64,000 nucleotides of DNA from Alcanivorax sp. (GTDB lineage Bacteria > Pseudomonadota > Gammaproteobacteria > Pseudomonadales > Alcanivoracaceae). Below the pieces are notes generated by a model. It searched no databases and was not told where the DNA came from. It worked only from the letters and a program-made list of their open reading frames with translations. A program made the position numbers and the translations under genes. Below are positions 39,521 through 51,152 of this stretch, piece by piece. How positions within the stretch are numbered: the stretch's first letter is position 1; every line of letters begins with the position of its first letter. Location of the stretch: the NCBI GenBank assembly GCA_042090255.1, contig JBELJS010000010.1, positions 8,491-72,490 on the forward strand. The letters are read 5' to 3'.

Positions 39521-39712
39521 GAGCGGGCCTTGCCCGCGAAAGGCAAGCTTTGCTTGCCGGCAAAGGTTGCCCCGCGGGATTCCAGAGACGTTGTTTGTGC
39601 TGCCGTTAGACAGGTCTCTGGAATCCTGCCGGCCGGCGTAGCCGGCCTTTCGCGGGCAGGGCCCGCTCGCACAACTCTGCTCCCTTTCGCGGGCGGGGCC
39701 CGCTCCCACAAT
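39515..39712. repeat. REPIN cluster (REP type 1), 3' flank of the RAYT gene
   Basis: Hairpins are ggcaagctttgcttgcc and ggccggcgtagccggcc. There is an extra REP core at the right end. Confidence 0.9.
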
Positions 39713-39720
39713 GGAGCAAT

Positions 39721-40641
39721 TTAAGCGCGCATGCGCAGTGCGGCGAGCATGGTTTGCAGGCGGGGGACGGGGACGCCGTGCTTCTGGGCGATGGCGACCA
39801 CGTTGCCGAGGATGGCGTCGAGCTCGATGGGCCGGTCGTTGAGGTAGTCGAGCGCCATGCTGTTTTTATAGGCGGGCATTTTGCGCGTGCCCTCGATGTT
39901 GCTGTCGATGATCTGCGACGGCAACGAGTGGCCGTCGGCTGCGGCGGTGTCGATCACTTCCTGCATCATTTCGCGTACCAGTTTTTCACCGCCAGGGGTA
40001 TCGAGCATGGTGTAGGTGTCGGCGCCGTTGGCGAGCACGGAGAGCGGGTTGAACGGCGTGTTCCAAAGGCATTTGAGCCAGCGTTCACGGACCACTTCTT
40101 CGGTGAGCTTGATATCGATGCCGCCTTCCACGAACAGGTCGCTCAGCGCCTGGCAGTGGTCGTCCAGGCCGCTGGGATAGCGCCCCATGACCAGCCGGCC
40201 GTAAGCGTTGTGTTTGATTTCACCGGGGGCGACGCGGCTCACGGCGATGAACGCCAGACAGCTGATGATGGGATTCTCGGGGAAGGCGTCGGCCAGTTCC
40301 CGCTCGATATCGAGGCCGTTCTGAATCAGCACGATGTTGGTGCCCTCGCCCACCCAGGGGCGCACCAGGCCGGCGCGGTCGCTGCCGGGCAGCACTTTGG
40401 TGGCGAGGATCACGTAGTCCGGTGTGCTGTCCGGGCGGTCGCCGTCCTTGTAAAGGTGGTCCGGCTTCCAGGAAATGTCACCGAGCGGGCTTTCGAAGCG
40501 GAAGCCGTGCGCTTTGACGGCGTCGTATTCGGAACGCACCACGGCGCTGACGGTGCAGCCGGCGCGTTTGAGGATGGCGCCGTAGAAGCTGCCGATGGCG
40601 CCGGCACCGATGATCAGCGCATGGGGTTTCAGGTTACTCAT
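39721..40641 (-). CDS. panE: 2-dehydropantoate 2-reductase family (PanE/ApbA)
   Basis: IIGAGAIGSFYG, 306 aa, AGGAGA RBS. Confidence 0.8.
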   Translation of the reverse strand: MSNLKPHALIIGAGAIGSFYGAILKRAGCTVSAVVRSEYDAVKAHGFRFESPLGDISWKPDHLYKDGDRPDSTPDYVILATKVLPGSDRAGLVRPWVGEGTNIVLIQNGLDIERELADAFPENPIISCLAFIAVSRVAPGEIKHNAYGRLVMGRYPSGLDDHCQALSDLFVEGGIDIKLTEEVVRERWLKCLWNTPFNPLSVLANGADTYTMLDTPGGEKLVREMMQEVIDTAAADGHSLPSQIIDSNIEGTRKMPAYKNSMALDYLNDRPIELDAILGNVVAIAQKHGVPVPRLQTMLAALRMRA

Positions 40642-40682
40642 GGAAAATCTCTCCTGTATTTAAATTCGTGCCTGTCCGAGCG

Positions 40683-40843
40683 CTGTGCGAGCGGGCCTTG
40701 CCCGCGAAAGGGAGCGAAGCTCCCGGCAGGATCCAAGAGGCCCCTCTAACGTCAGCACCAAGAAGGCCTCTGGTATCCTGCCGGCCGGCGTTGCCGGCCT
40801 TTCGCGGGCAGGGCCCGCTCCCACAAAGGCCGCTCCCACAAGG
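40683..40843. repeat. REPIN (REP type 1)
   Basis: Hairpins are gggagcgaagctccc and ggccggcgttgccggcc. Confidence 0.9.
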
Positions 40844-40852
40844 GCAGCAAAG

Positions 40853-42289
40853 TCAGCCCGTTCCCATTAACCCGCGTCGCATACTTCGCAATGGCCAGAG
40901 CGCGACTAAATAAACAATCAAAAGCATCAGAAAGGCGTCATCGAACCCGACCTCGAAGGCGTGCGGGTGGCCGGCCTCCGGGTGAGCTTGCCAGTAACGG
41001 TCACTGAAGAATTGTACGCAGATGGCGCTGAGGTTAACGCCGATGGCGCCGCCGGTCTGGCGCCCGAAATTAATGATGCCGGAGCCCTGGGGTATCAGGG
41101 CCGGCGGCAGCAATGTGAGGCTGCCGGTGGTCACTGGCGGCATGATCAAACCCAGCCCCACCCGACCCAGGGCGGCCCAGGCCACCAGCCAGATCGCGGC
41201 GGTGGTCTGGTCGGCGGCGCGCATCATCACCATGCTGGCGATAAAGAACGCCAGGCCGCTGGCGATCATCCGCGCCAGCGGAATGCGGTCGGTGAGGTAG
41301 CCGACGAACGGAAAGATAAACGCCATCGCCAAGCCGGCGGGCATCAGCATGAGCCCGGCGCTGGAGGCGCTGAACCCGGACACCTGCTGGAAGTACAGCG
41401 GCATCATGTAGGTCGAGCCGAACACGCCGGCGCCCATGACAATGGACAACAAAAACCCGCCGGTGAAACCGGGCGACCCGAACACGCGCAGATCGAACAG
41501 CGGGTTCGGGCAGCGCCGCTGCCAGAGCGCGAACAGGCCCAGCAGCAGCGGCCCGCCCAGCAAGGCGGTGAACAGCAGCGGGTCCAGCCAGCCGCGCCGC
41601 ATGCCGGACGCCAGCGCCCAAAGCGTCGCCACCAGGCCCAGGCTGAGCAGTACCAGCCCGCCCCAGTCCAAACGCGGCGCCTGTTCCTCGCGGTAGTCGG
41701 GCAGGAAGCGCCCGGCGATCACCATGGCAAGCACGCAGGCGGGCAGCACCACGAAGAACACCGCCCGCCAGGACCAGGCGTCCACCAGCACGCCGCCCAG
41801 GGCGGGCGCAATGGCGGGGCCGAGGATCACGCCCATGCCGTAGATGCCCATCGCCTGGCCGCGTTTGTGCAGTGGAAATACCTGGAAGATGGTGATCATG
41901 GCGTGGGGCTGGATCATGCCAGCCATCACGCCCTGCACCACGCGGGCCAGCACCAGCAGGCCGAAGCTGTTGCTGACGCCGCCCACCAGCGAGGCAACGA
42001 TGAAGATCGCCATGGCGAGCAGAAAGGCACGCCGGGAACCGAACCGCGCCACCGCCCAGGCGTTGAGCAGCATGCCCACGGTCATGGCGGCGAGGAAGCC
42101 GGTGGCGATCCAGTGCACCTGGTCCTGCTCGAGACGGTACTCGGCCATGATGGTCGGCACCGCCACATTGATAATGGTGGAGGCCAGCACCACGGACAGG
42201 GTGCCGAGCATCACCGTGACGGTGGCGTACCATCGATAGGCCGGCCCATAGCGCTCGAACAGACGCTCTATGGCGGGGTTTTCGGGCAT
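40853..42289 (-). CDS. MFS transporter, DHA2 (EmrB/QacA, 14-TMS) type
   Basis: 478 aa with many TM segments. The N-terminus TVMLGTLSVVLASTIINVAVPTIM is typical of the DHA2 family. Confidence 0.8.
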   Translation of the reverse strand: MPENPAIERLFERYGPAYRWYATVTVMLGTLSVVLASTIINVAVPTIMAEYRLEQDQVHWIATGFLAAMTVGMLLNAWAVARFGSRRAFLLAMAIFIVASLVGGVSNSFGLLVLARVVQGVMAGMIQPHAMITIFQVFPLHKRGQAMGIYGMGVILGPAIAPALGGVLVDAWSWRAVFFVVLPACVLAMVIAGRFLPDYREEQAPRLDWGGLVLLSLGLVATLWALASGMRRGWLDPLLFTALLGGPLLLGLFALWQRRCPNPLFDLRVFGSPGFTGGFLLSIVMGAGVFGSTYMMPLYFQQVSGFSASSAGLMLMPAGLAMAFIFPFVGYLTDRIPLARMIASGLAFFIASMVMMRAADQTTAAIWLVAWAALGRVGLGLIMPPVTTGSLTLLPPALIPQGSGIINFGRQTGGAIGVNLSAICVQFFSDRYWQAHPEAGHPHAFEVGFDDAFLMLLIVYLVALWPLRSMRRGLMGTG

Positions 42290-42301
42290 GGGGTTTGCCC
42301 G

Positions 42302-43333
42302 TTATTTTTTGGTCGGGTCGTCGCCGACCTGGATCAGCAGCTTGCCGCGGTTTTTACCCTGCAGCAGACCCTGGAAGGCGCTGACCGCGTTTTCCAGACC
42401 CTCGACCACGTCTTCCTGGTATTTGACCTTGCCGTCGCGGATCCACGCCGGCATGTCTTTCAGGAAGTCGCCCTGGCGGTTGATGTAATCAAACTGGATA
42501 AAGCCTTTGATCAGCAGACGCTTGACCAGCACCTTGCCCATGAAGCCGGGCAGACGATCCGGACCTTCCGGCATGGAGGTGTCGTTGTAGTGGGCGATGC
42601 GGCCACACACCGGGATGCGGGCGAAGTCGTTAACCAGCTCCATAACCGCGTCGAAGGTTTCGCCGCCGACGTTCTCGAAGTAGACGTCGATGCCGTCCGG
42701 GCAGGCCTTGGCGAGCTGCTCGCGGAAGTCCGCGTCCTTGTAGTTGACGCAGGCGTCAAAGCCGTAGGCGCCGACCACGTGCTTGCACTTGTCCTCGGCG
42801 CCGGCCACGCCGACCACGCGGCAGCCCTTGAGCTTGGCGATCTGACCCACCACCTGGCCGACGGCGCCGGCAGCGGCGGACACCACCACGGTTTCGCCTT
42901 TCTGGGGCTTGCCGATTTCATCCAGGCCCACGTAGGCGGTGAAGCCGGGCATACCCAGCACGCCCACGGCGGTGCTGATCGGCGCCTGGGCCGGGTCCAG
43001 CTTGCGCATCGCCTTGGGCGAGTTGACGGAGTATTCCTGCCAGCCACCCGGGCACAGGACGTAATCGCCCTGCTTGAAGTCGCCGCTGCGCGATTCCACC
43101 ACCTGGCCGACGGTGGCGCCTTCCATCACCGAGCCTTCCTCGACGCTGGCGGCGTAGGACTTGGCGGCGCTCATACGGCCGCGCATGTAGGGGTCCAGGG
43201 ACAAATAGATGGTGCGTACCAGCACCTGGCCTTCACCGACCTCGGGGGCCGTGCCTTCCTGGAGCTGGAGGTTGTCGTCACCGGGCATGCCGGTGGGGCG
43301 TTTGGCGAGAATGATCTGACGATTGGTAGTCAT
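42302..43333 (-). CDS. NADP-dependent alkenal/one oxidoreductase (YncB/CurA/PTGR1-like MDR)
   Basis: Start trimmed to MTTNRQIILAKRP. YLSLDPYMRGRM and SAAAGAVGQVVGQIAKL are present. Confidence 0.85.
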   Translation of the reverse strand: MTTNRQIILAKRPTGMPGDDNLQLQEGTAPEVGEGQVLVRTIYLSLDPYMRGRMSAAKSYAASVEEGSVMEGATVGQVVESRSGDFKQGDYVLCPGGWQEYSVNSPKAMRKLDPAQAPISTAVGVLGMPGFTAYVGLDEIGKPQKGETVVVSAAAGAVGQVVGQIAKLKGCRVVGVAGAEDKCKHVVGAYGFDACVNYKDADFREQLAKACPDGIDVYFENVGGETFDAVMELVNDFARIPVCGRIAHYNDTSMPEGPDRLPGFMGKVLVKRLLIKGFIQFDYINRQGDFLKDMPAWIRDGKVKYQEDVVEGLENAVSAFQGLLQGKNRGKLLIQVGDDPTKK

Positions 43334-43368
43334 GGTTGGAGCTCTCCCTGAAGCTGGATTGTTATTCG

Positions 43369-43514
43369 CTGTGGGAGCGGGCCTTGCCCGCGAAAGGCCG
43401 GTGTAACCGGCCGGCAGGATCCCAGAGAGCCATCTAACGGTAGCAAAAACAAGCTCTCTGGGATCCTGCCGGGTGGCTACAGCCACCCTTTCGCGGGCGG
43501 GGCCCGCTCCTACA
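43369..43514. repeat. REPIN (REP type 1), clean exemplar
   Basis: Left arm: tgtgggagcgggccttgcccgcgaaagg + ggccggtgtaaccggcc (43396-43412) + ggcaggatcccagagag. Right arm: ctctctgggatcctgcc + gggtggctacagccaccc (43471-43488) + tttcgcgggcggggcccgctcctaca. Confidence 0.95.
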
Positions 43515-43527
43515 AATTAACTAAAAA

Positions 43528-43553
43528 GGGCGGCCCGAAGGCCGCCCTTTTTT
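43528..43553. terminator. Rho-independent terminator (bidirectional form)
   Basis: aaaaa gggcggcc cgaa ggccgccc tttttt, immediately 3' of the ACAD gene on the minus strand. Confidence 0.8.
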
Positions 43554-44703
43554 ACGCTGCGTGGTCGTCCACGTCGATCAGGTCTTCGAGAACACCGAGG
43601 TGGTATTCGCGGTCACCCAACCAGTGGTCGATCATGACGATGCGTTTGGCGTAATGGGAAACCGGCGTTTCTTCCATCATGCCCATGCCGCCGAACAGCT
43701 GGATCGCTTCCTCGGCGACCTTGCGGCCGGATTTGCCCACCTGGGCCTTGGCGGCGGAGATGCGCTTCTTGCGCAGTTCCGGGTCCACATCGAGGCTGCA
43801 GGCGGCGAGCATGGTGATGGAACGTACTTTTTCCAGCTCCATGCGCATTTCCACCATGCGGTGCTGCAGAGCCTGGAACTTACCGATGGCCACGCCGAAC
43901 TGCTGGCGTTCCTTGATGTACTCCAGAGTCTGGTCGCAGGCCACTTCCATGGCGCCGGAGGCTTCCGCGCACAGGGTGATCAGCGCCAGGTCCAGGGTCG
44001 CTTCCAGGCCGTCGAGGGCCTTGCCTTCGTCGCCGAGCAGCGCGTCGGCGCCGACTTTCACGTCCTTGAAGGTGATGTCGGCGGCGTGCAGACCGTCGAT
44101 GGTCGGGTAGCCACGGCGGCTGACGCCGTCGGCACCGGCGTCAACAATAAAGGCGCTGAGGCCGTCTTTGTCGTTGCCGCTGCCACCGGTGCGAGCGATC
44201 ACCACCAGCTGGTCGGCGCTGTCACCGTGCAGGACCACGGCTTTTTCGCCGTTAATCACATAGCCGTCGCCGTCTTTCTTGGCGCTGGTTTCTACGAAAC
44301 GGTGGTCGTAACGACCCTTGGCTTCGTAGTTGGCCAGGGCGAAGCGGGTTTCACCGCCGATGATCGCCGGCAGGGCCTGCTCTTTCTGGGCGTCGTTGCC
44401 GAGCTTGTCGATCAGCACGCCGGACAGCACCACGGTGGCCAGGTAAGGTTCCACCACCAGGCCGCGGCCGAAGCCTTCGGCCACCACCATCAGTTCCGGG
44501 CCGCCGCCGTTGAAGCCGCCGGCGTCTTCGGAGAACGGCACGCCCAGCAGGCCCAATTCGGCGAATTGGGTCCAGGTGTCGGTGCTGAAGCCGTGCTCTG
44601 ATTCCAGAGCCTTGTTGCGGGCGTCGAAGGTGTAGCTGTCACGGACCAGACGACCCACGGTCTCTTCGAGCATGCGCTGCTCGTCGCTGAATTTGAAATC
44701 CAT
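43552..44703 (-). CDS. Acyl-CoA dehydrogenase family protein (partner subunit, no YEGT motif)
   Basis: 383 aa with the ACAD layout. The C-terminal region reads IDHWLGDREYH where YEGT is expected. Confidence 0.85.
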   Translation of the reverse strand: MDFKFSDEQRMLEETVGRLVRDSYTFDARNKALESEHGFSTDTWTQFAELGLLGVPFSEDAGGFNGGGPELMVVAEGFGRGLVVEPYLATVVLSGVLIDKLGNDAQKEQALPAIIGGETRFALANYEAKGRYDHRFVETSAKKDGDGYVINGEKAVVLHGDSADQLVVIARTGGSGNDKDGLSAFIVDAGADGVSRRGYPTIDGLHAADITFKDVKVGADALLGDEGKALDGLEATLDLALITLCAEASGAMEVACDQTLEYIKERQQFGVAIGKFQALQHRMVEMRMELEKVRSITMLAACSLDVDPELRKKRISAAKAQVGKSGRKVAEEAIQLFGGMGMMEETPVSHYAKRIVMIDHWLGDREYHLGVLEDLIDVDDHAA

Positions 44704-44716
44704 GTTGGTCGGCCTC

Positions 44717-45916
44717 TTATAATCCCAGAATCATCTTGGAGATGATGTTCTTCTGAATTTCGTTGGAGCCCCCAAAGATGGAGAGCGGGCGGAAGTTAAA
44801 GTAACGGCTCGCCACGGACCCGGCGAACTCGGGGCCGACGGTCTCGCCGTCGAAATCACCGGCGAGCTGTTCGGGCAGGAACGGCAGCGCGTGGGGGCCG
44901 GCGGCGCGGCGGAACAAATCGGTGATCTCCTGGCGCAGCTCGGTGCCCATGATCTTCAGGAAGGAGCTTTCCGCGCCCGGGACACCACCGGCTTCGGCGG
45001 CGGCCACGGTGCGCAGGTTGGTCATTTCCAGCGACATCAGTTCCATTTCCACGTCCGCCAGGCGGCTGCGGAAGTGCGGCTCTTCGATCAGCGGCTTGCC
45101 GTTGACCTGCTGCTCGCGGGCCACCTGCTTGAGGTGCGCCAGGGCGGCTTTGGAGCTGCCCACGCCGGCGATGCCGGTACGCTCAAAGGTGAGCAGGTAC
45201 TTAGCGCAGGTCCAGCCTTTGTTTTCTTCGCCAACCAGGTTTTCCACCGGTACTTTGACGTCGTCGAAGAACACTTCGTTGACTTCATGCTCGCCGTCCA
45301 GGGTAATCAGCGGCCGCACGGTGATGCCTTCGCTTTTCTCCATGTCGATGAGCAGGAAGGAAATGCCTTCCTGTTTCTTGGCGTCCGGGTCGGTGCGCAC
45401 CAGACAGAAAATCATGTTGGCGTGCTGGCCCAGGGTGGTCCAGGTTTTCTGGCCGTTGACGATGTAGTGGTCGCCGTCGCGCACGGCGCGGGTTTTCAGG
45501 CCGGCCAGGTCGGAACCGGCGCCCGGCTCGGAGTAGCCCTGGGCCCACCAATCGTCGCTGCGCAGGATACGCGGCAGGTAGTAATCCTTCTGTTCCTGGG
45601 TGCCGAATTTGATGATCACCGGGGCAACCATGTTGACGCCGAAGGGCAACACGGTGGGCGCGCCCGCTTCCGCGCACTCTTCCTCGAAGATGTGCTTCTG
45701 GATCGGGCTCCAGCCGGTGCCGCCGTGCTCCACTGGCCAGTGCAGAGCCAGCCAGCCCTGCTCGTTGAGGATTTTCTGCCAGCGGATGGTGTCTTCCTTG
45801 CCAAGGCGCTTGTGCTCTTTCACCTTGCTGGAAATGTCCTTGGGCAGCTTTTCGTTCAGGAAGGTACGCACTTCGTCACGGAAGGCGCGCTCTTCAGCGG
45901 TGTAATTAATGTCCAT
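44717..45916 (-). CDS. Acyl-CoA dehydrogenase family protein (no YEGT motif)
   Basis: 399 aa. WAQGYSEPGAGSD is present. The C-terminal region reads IFGGSNEIQ where IYEGT is expected. Confidence 0.85.
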   Translation of the reverse strand: MDINYTAEERAFRDEVRTFLNEKLPKDISSKVKEHKRLGKEDTIRWQKILNEQGWLALHWPVEHGGTGWSPIQKHIFEEECAEAGAPTVLPFGVNMVAPVIIKFGTQEQKDYYLPRILRSDDWWAQGYSEPGAGSDLAGLKTRAVRDGDHYIVNGQKTWTTLGQHANMIFCLVRTDPDAKKQEGISFLLIDMEKSEGITVRPLITLDGEHEVNEVFFDDVKVPVENLVGEENKGWTCAKYLLTFERTGIAGVGSSKAALAHLKQVAREQQVNGKPLIEEPHFRSRLADVEMELMSLEMTNLRTVAAAEAGGVPGAESSFLKIMGTELRQEITDLFRRAAGPHALPFLPEQLAGDFDGETVGPEFAGSVASRYFNFRPLSIFGGSNEIQKNIISKMILGL

Positions 45917-45955
45917 AATAACCTCTGTGTCTTAGGCGGCTTCAGGGCTGCGGTT

Positions 45956-48040
<2,085 letters not shown>

Positions 48041-48228
48041 GATTCCTCCTTCAGCGGGGGACCCGCGGTGCGGCGGCCGGAGGGGCCGCGACGGCGCCGC
48101 GCATCCCGTGAAAACGGTTCTCTCCCGGACGCTTCAGTATAAGAAAATCCGGGCCATTATCAATTATTTCGGAATTAGGTTTTATCTAGCGGACCAACTC
48201 TATTGGCTACACCCTATGGGGGCGAGCC

Positions 48229-48386
48229 TTGTGGGAGCGGGCCTGGTGGGAGCGAGCCTGCTCGCGAAAGGCAAGCTCTGCTTGCCGGCGGGATACCAGA
48301 GCCCCTTAAAGGCGGCACAAACAGCGTCTCTGGTATCCTGCCGGGTGGCTAAAGCCACCCTTTCGCGGGCAAGGCCCGCTCGCACA
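48229..48386. repeat. REPIN (REP type 1)
   Basis: Hairpins are ggcaagctctgcttgcc and gggtggctaaagccaccc. Confidence 0.9.
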
Positions 48387-48405
48387 GCTCTCTATAACCA
48401 TAAAA

Positions 48406-48428
48406 GGGCACCACCAGGGTGCCCTTTT
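48406..48428. terminator. Rho-independent terminator (bidirectional form)
   Basis: aaaa gggcacc accag ggtgccc tttt, 3' of the ABC substrate-binding gene. Confidence 0.75.
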
Positions 48429-48460
48429 ATGGCGTTGCTTCACAGTGTGAGGCGCGGCGT

Positions 48461-49624
48461 TTACTCGGTGATTTCGGACAACTTGCGCAGCACTACTTCG
48501 CCGTCCACTACTTCGGCGATCTGCGGGTCGGCGCCCAGGTTGCCGGCGTCGTCGATGCCGTCCACGTCATACGGGTTGTGCTCCACGGACACGTTCTCCA
48601 TGGCGGACGCGATGGCCGCGCGGATCGCTTTGGCGTCTTCCACGGTGCCGGCTTCCTGCATCGCCTGGGCAATCAGGTGCATGGCGAAGTAGTTGTACGC
48701 GGTTTCAGAGGTGGCCACGCCGTTATGGTCCTTCTGCCACTTCTTAAGAAACATCTGCGCGCCTTCGTTCTCGTACATATCCAGGGGCACCACGCCCACG
48801 GACCCTTCCAGGGACTTGATGCCGCCGGAGACCTTGGCCACTTCGTCCATCTTGGCCTGATCCATCAGGATAAAGCCGCCTTTGAAGCCCAGCTCGCGGG
48901 CCTGACGTACCACCAGACCGGTGGGCTCGGAGGCGCCGCCGACGAACATTACGTCGGGATCCGCGGACAGTACCTTGCTGACGCCGGTGTAGAAGTCCGC
49001 GGACTTGTTGTAGTCCATCGGGTTCATGGCCGCGACTTCACCGCCCAGCTCACGCCATACCGGCACGAACTCCTTGGTCCAGTACTTGGCGTAGTCGTGG
49101 GTGGCGTTGGCGACACCCAGTTTGCTGCCGAAGCGGTCCATGGTGATGCGGGAGAACGGCTCGATGTAGTCGGTGAAGTTGGGCGGAATCTTCACGGTCA
49201 GCTTGTTGCCCTTGGAGGTCACGGCCGGCACGGAGGTGTAGGACATCACCAGGAAGCCGTCACGCTCGTTGAACGCCTGCAATGCAAAGGTGCCACCGGA
49301 GTGCGGGGTGAAGATCACCGGCGCGTTGTACTGCTGCACCAGACGCTTGCCGTTCACGGCCGCCTGGCTGGGCGAGTACTTGTCGTCCAGGGACTGGATG
49401 TTGATGGTGTATTCTTCGCCATCGACGGTGATACCGCCGGCGGCGTTGATTTCCTCGGCGGCCATGCGCAGGCCTTCCAGGGTGTTCTCACCGTACAGAG
49501 CGGCGCCGCCGCTGAGCGGGCCGGTGAAGCCGATGTTGATTTCGTCCGCGTGGGCCGCGCCACCGATGGCGAGGGCAACCGCACTGGCCGCGGCCAGGCG
49601 ACGGAAGGATTTCAATACTTTCAT
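48461..49624 (-). CDS. ABC transporter substrate-binding protein (Leu/Ile/Val-binding, type I PBP family)
   Basis: Signal peptide ending AHA. INIGFTGPLSGGAALYG is present. 387 aa. Confidence 0.85.
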   Translation of the reverse strand: MKVLKSFRRLAAASAVALAIGGAAHADEINIGFTGPLSGGAALYGENTLEGLRMAAEEINAAGGITVDGEEYTINIQSLDDKYSPSQAAVNGKRLVQQYNAPVIFTPHSGGTFALQAFNERDGFLVMSYTSVPAVTSKGNKLTVKIPPNFTDYIEPFSRITMDRFGSKLGVANATHDYAKYWTKEFVPVWRELGGEVAAMNPMDYNKSADFYTGVSKVLSADPDVMFVGGASEPTGLVVRQARELGFKGGFILMDQAKMDEVAKVSGGIKSLEGSVGVVPLDMYENEGAQMFLKKWQKDHNGVATSETAYNYFAMHLIAQAMQEAGTVEDAKAIRAAIASAMENVSVEHNPYDVDGIDDAGNLGADPQIAEVVDGEVVLRKLSEITE

Positions 49625-49690
49625 GCGTTTTCTCTCCCTTTCTTTATTGTTTGGGATGTGGTCGGAAATTCACTGTGTCGCGCGGCGCCA

Positions 49691-50407
49691 TCAGGCGCCG
49701 ATGTAAGCTTTACGTACCGCTTCGTTGCCCAGCATGGCATCCCGGTCGCCTTCCATCACCAGACGGCCGTTCTCCATCACGTAGGCACGGGTGGCGATTT
49801 TCAGTGCCGCGAACGCGTTTTGCTCCGCCAGCAGCACCGAGGTGCCTTCCTTGTTGATAGTCTGCACGGCTTCGAACACCTGCTTGACCACCAGCGGCGC
49901 CAGACCCAGCGACGGCTCATCCAGCAGCAGCAGCTTGGGACGGCCCATCAGGGCGCGACCGATGGCCACCATCTGCTGCTGACCGCCACTCAGGGAACCG
50001 GCGGGCTGATCCTTTTTCTCGTCTAAAATGGGGAACATTGCAAGGACATGCTCAAGGGTTTTTTTCATACCCGCTTTATCACGGCGGTGCACATAGGCGC
50101 CCAGCCAGAGATTTTTCAGCACTGACATTTCGGGGAACAGCTTGCGGCCTTCCGGGCACTGCACCACGCCGGCCTGCACCAATGCGGAGGGTTTGCGGCC
50201 GGTGACGTCCTCACCGTTGAGGGAGATCTTGCCGGCGGAGGCCTTGAGCAAGCCGCTGATGGTGTTGAACAGGGTGCTCTTGCCGGCGCCGTTGGCGCCC
50301 AGCAGTACCACCAGCTCGCCCTGCTCCACGCTCATGGAAACGCCGTCCAGGGCCTTGAAGCTGTCGTACTTGGCGTCCACGTTCTCAAGCTTCAACATCT
50401 TCTTCAC
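49691..50407 (-). CDS. ABC transporter ATP-binding protein (LivF-like)
   Basis: GANGAGKST Walker A, LSGGQQQ signature, LLLDEP Walker B. Confidence 0.9.
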   Translation of the reverse strand: MKKMLKLENVDAKYDSFKALDGVSMSVEQGELVVLLGANGAGKSTLFNTISGLLKASAGKISLNGEDVTGRKPSALVQAGVVQCPEGRKLFPEMSVLKNLWLGAYVHRRDKAGMKKTLEHVLAMFPILDEKKDQPAGSLSGGQQQMVAIGRALMGRPKLLLLDEPSLGLAPLVVKQVFEAVQTINKEGTSVLLAEQNAFAALKIATRAYVMENGRLVMEGDRDAMLGNEAVRKAYIGA

Positions 50408-51152
50408 TCCCCAGATAAGCTTCGATGACCACCGGATTGCTCTTGATCTGCTCCGGCGTGCCTTCGGCGATCTTCTCGCCGTGGTCCAACACCATGATCT
50501 TGTCGGCGAGGCTCATGATCATGTCCATTTTGTGCTCAATCAGGCACACCGTGATGCCGTGGTCGACCATTTTACGGATCAACGCCGCCAGGTTTTCAGT
50601 TTCTTCCGGGTTGATACCGCCGGCGGGCTCATCGAGCAGCACCAGTTCCGGGTCGGTGGCCATGGCCAGCGCAAACGCCACGCGCTTGCGCTCTTCCTGG
50701 GTGGTGTCGGCGATGTAACGGTGGCCGATGTGGCTGAGGCCGACGAAATCCAGCACCTCGGCGGCTTTCGCCCGGCACTTTTTCTCTTCGTCGCGCAGCC
50801 GCTTGGAATTAATGATCACATCCCAGAGCCGCGATTGGGTACGCAGCCGGTGACCGACGATCAGGTTATCCAGCACCGTGGACTGTTCGAACAGCTTGGT
50901 GGTCTGGAAGGTCCGCGCGATACCGAGACGGGCGATGCGGTCCGGCGCCATGCCGGTCACGTCCATGCCGTTGAACTCGATGCTGCCGGAGCTGGGCGGC
51001 ATGGCGCCGGCCACCAGGTTAAAAAAGGTGGTCTTGCCGGCACCATTGGGGCCGATGATCGCGTTGATCTGGCCGGCGGCGAATTCCACGCTCACGTCGT
51101 TGACCGCGGCCAGGCCGCCGAAGCGCTTGGTCAGATTATTGATCTTAAGCAT
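50385..51152 (-). CDS. ABC transporter ATP-binding protein (LivG-like)
   Basis: Start trimmed to [13 protein letters not shown], overlapping the permease stop by 8 nt. GPNGAGKTT Walker A. Confidence 0.85.
   Translation of the reverse strand: MLKINNLTKRFGGLAAVNDVSVEFAAGQINAIIGPNGAGKTTFFNLVAGAMPPSSGSIEFNGMDVTGMAPDRIARLGIARTFQTTKLFEQSTVLDNLIVGHRLRTQSRLWDVIINSKRLRDEEKKCRAKAAEVLDFVGLSHIGHRYIADTTQEERKRVAFALAMATDPELVLLDEPAGGINPEETENLAALIRKMVDHGITVCLIEHKMDMIMSLADKIMVLDHGEKIAEGTPEQIKSNPVVIEAYLGSEEDVEA

Noticed and set aside
40961-43351. Very long plus-strand ORF (796 aa). Similar long antisense ORFs occur at 3766-5085, 10924-12177, 24187-25587, 32527-33999, 46592-48142, 48419-50026 and 58311-60095.
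   Set aside because: Each lies antisense to a gene with clear family motifs. Their products are low-complexity Gly/Ala/Arg/His-rich, and none has an RBS. These are typical shadow ORFs of GC-rich DNA.
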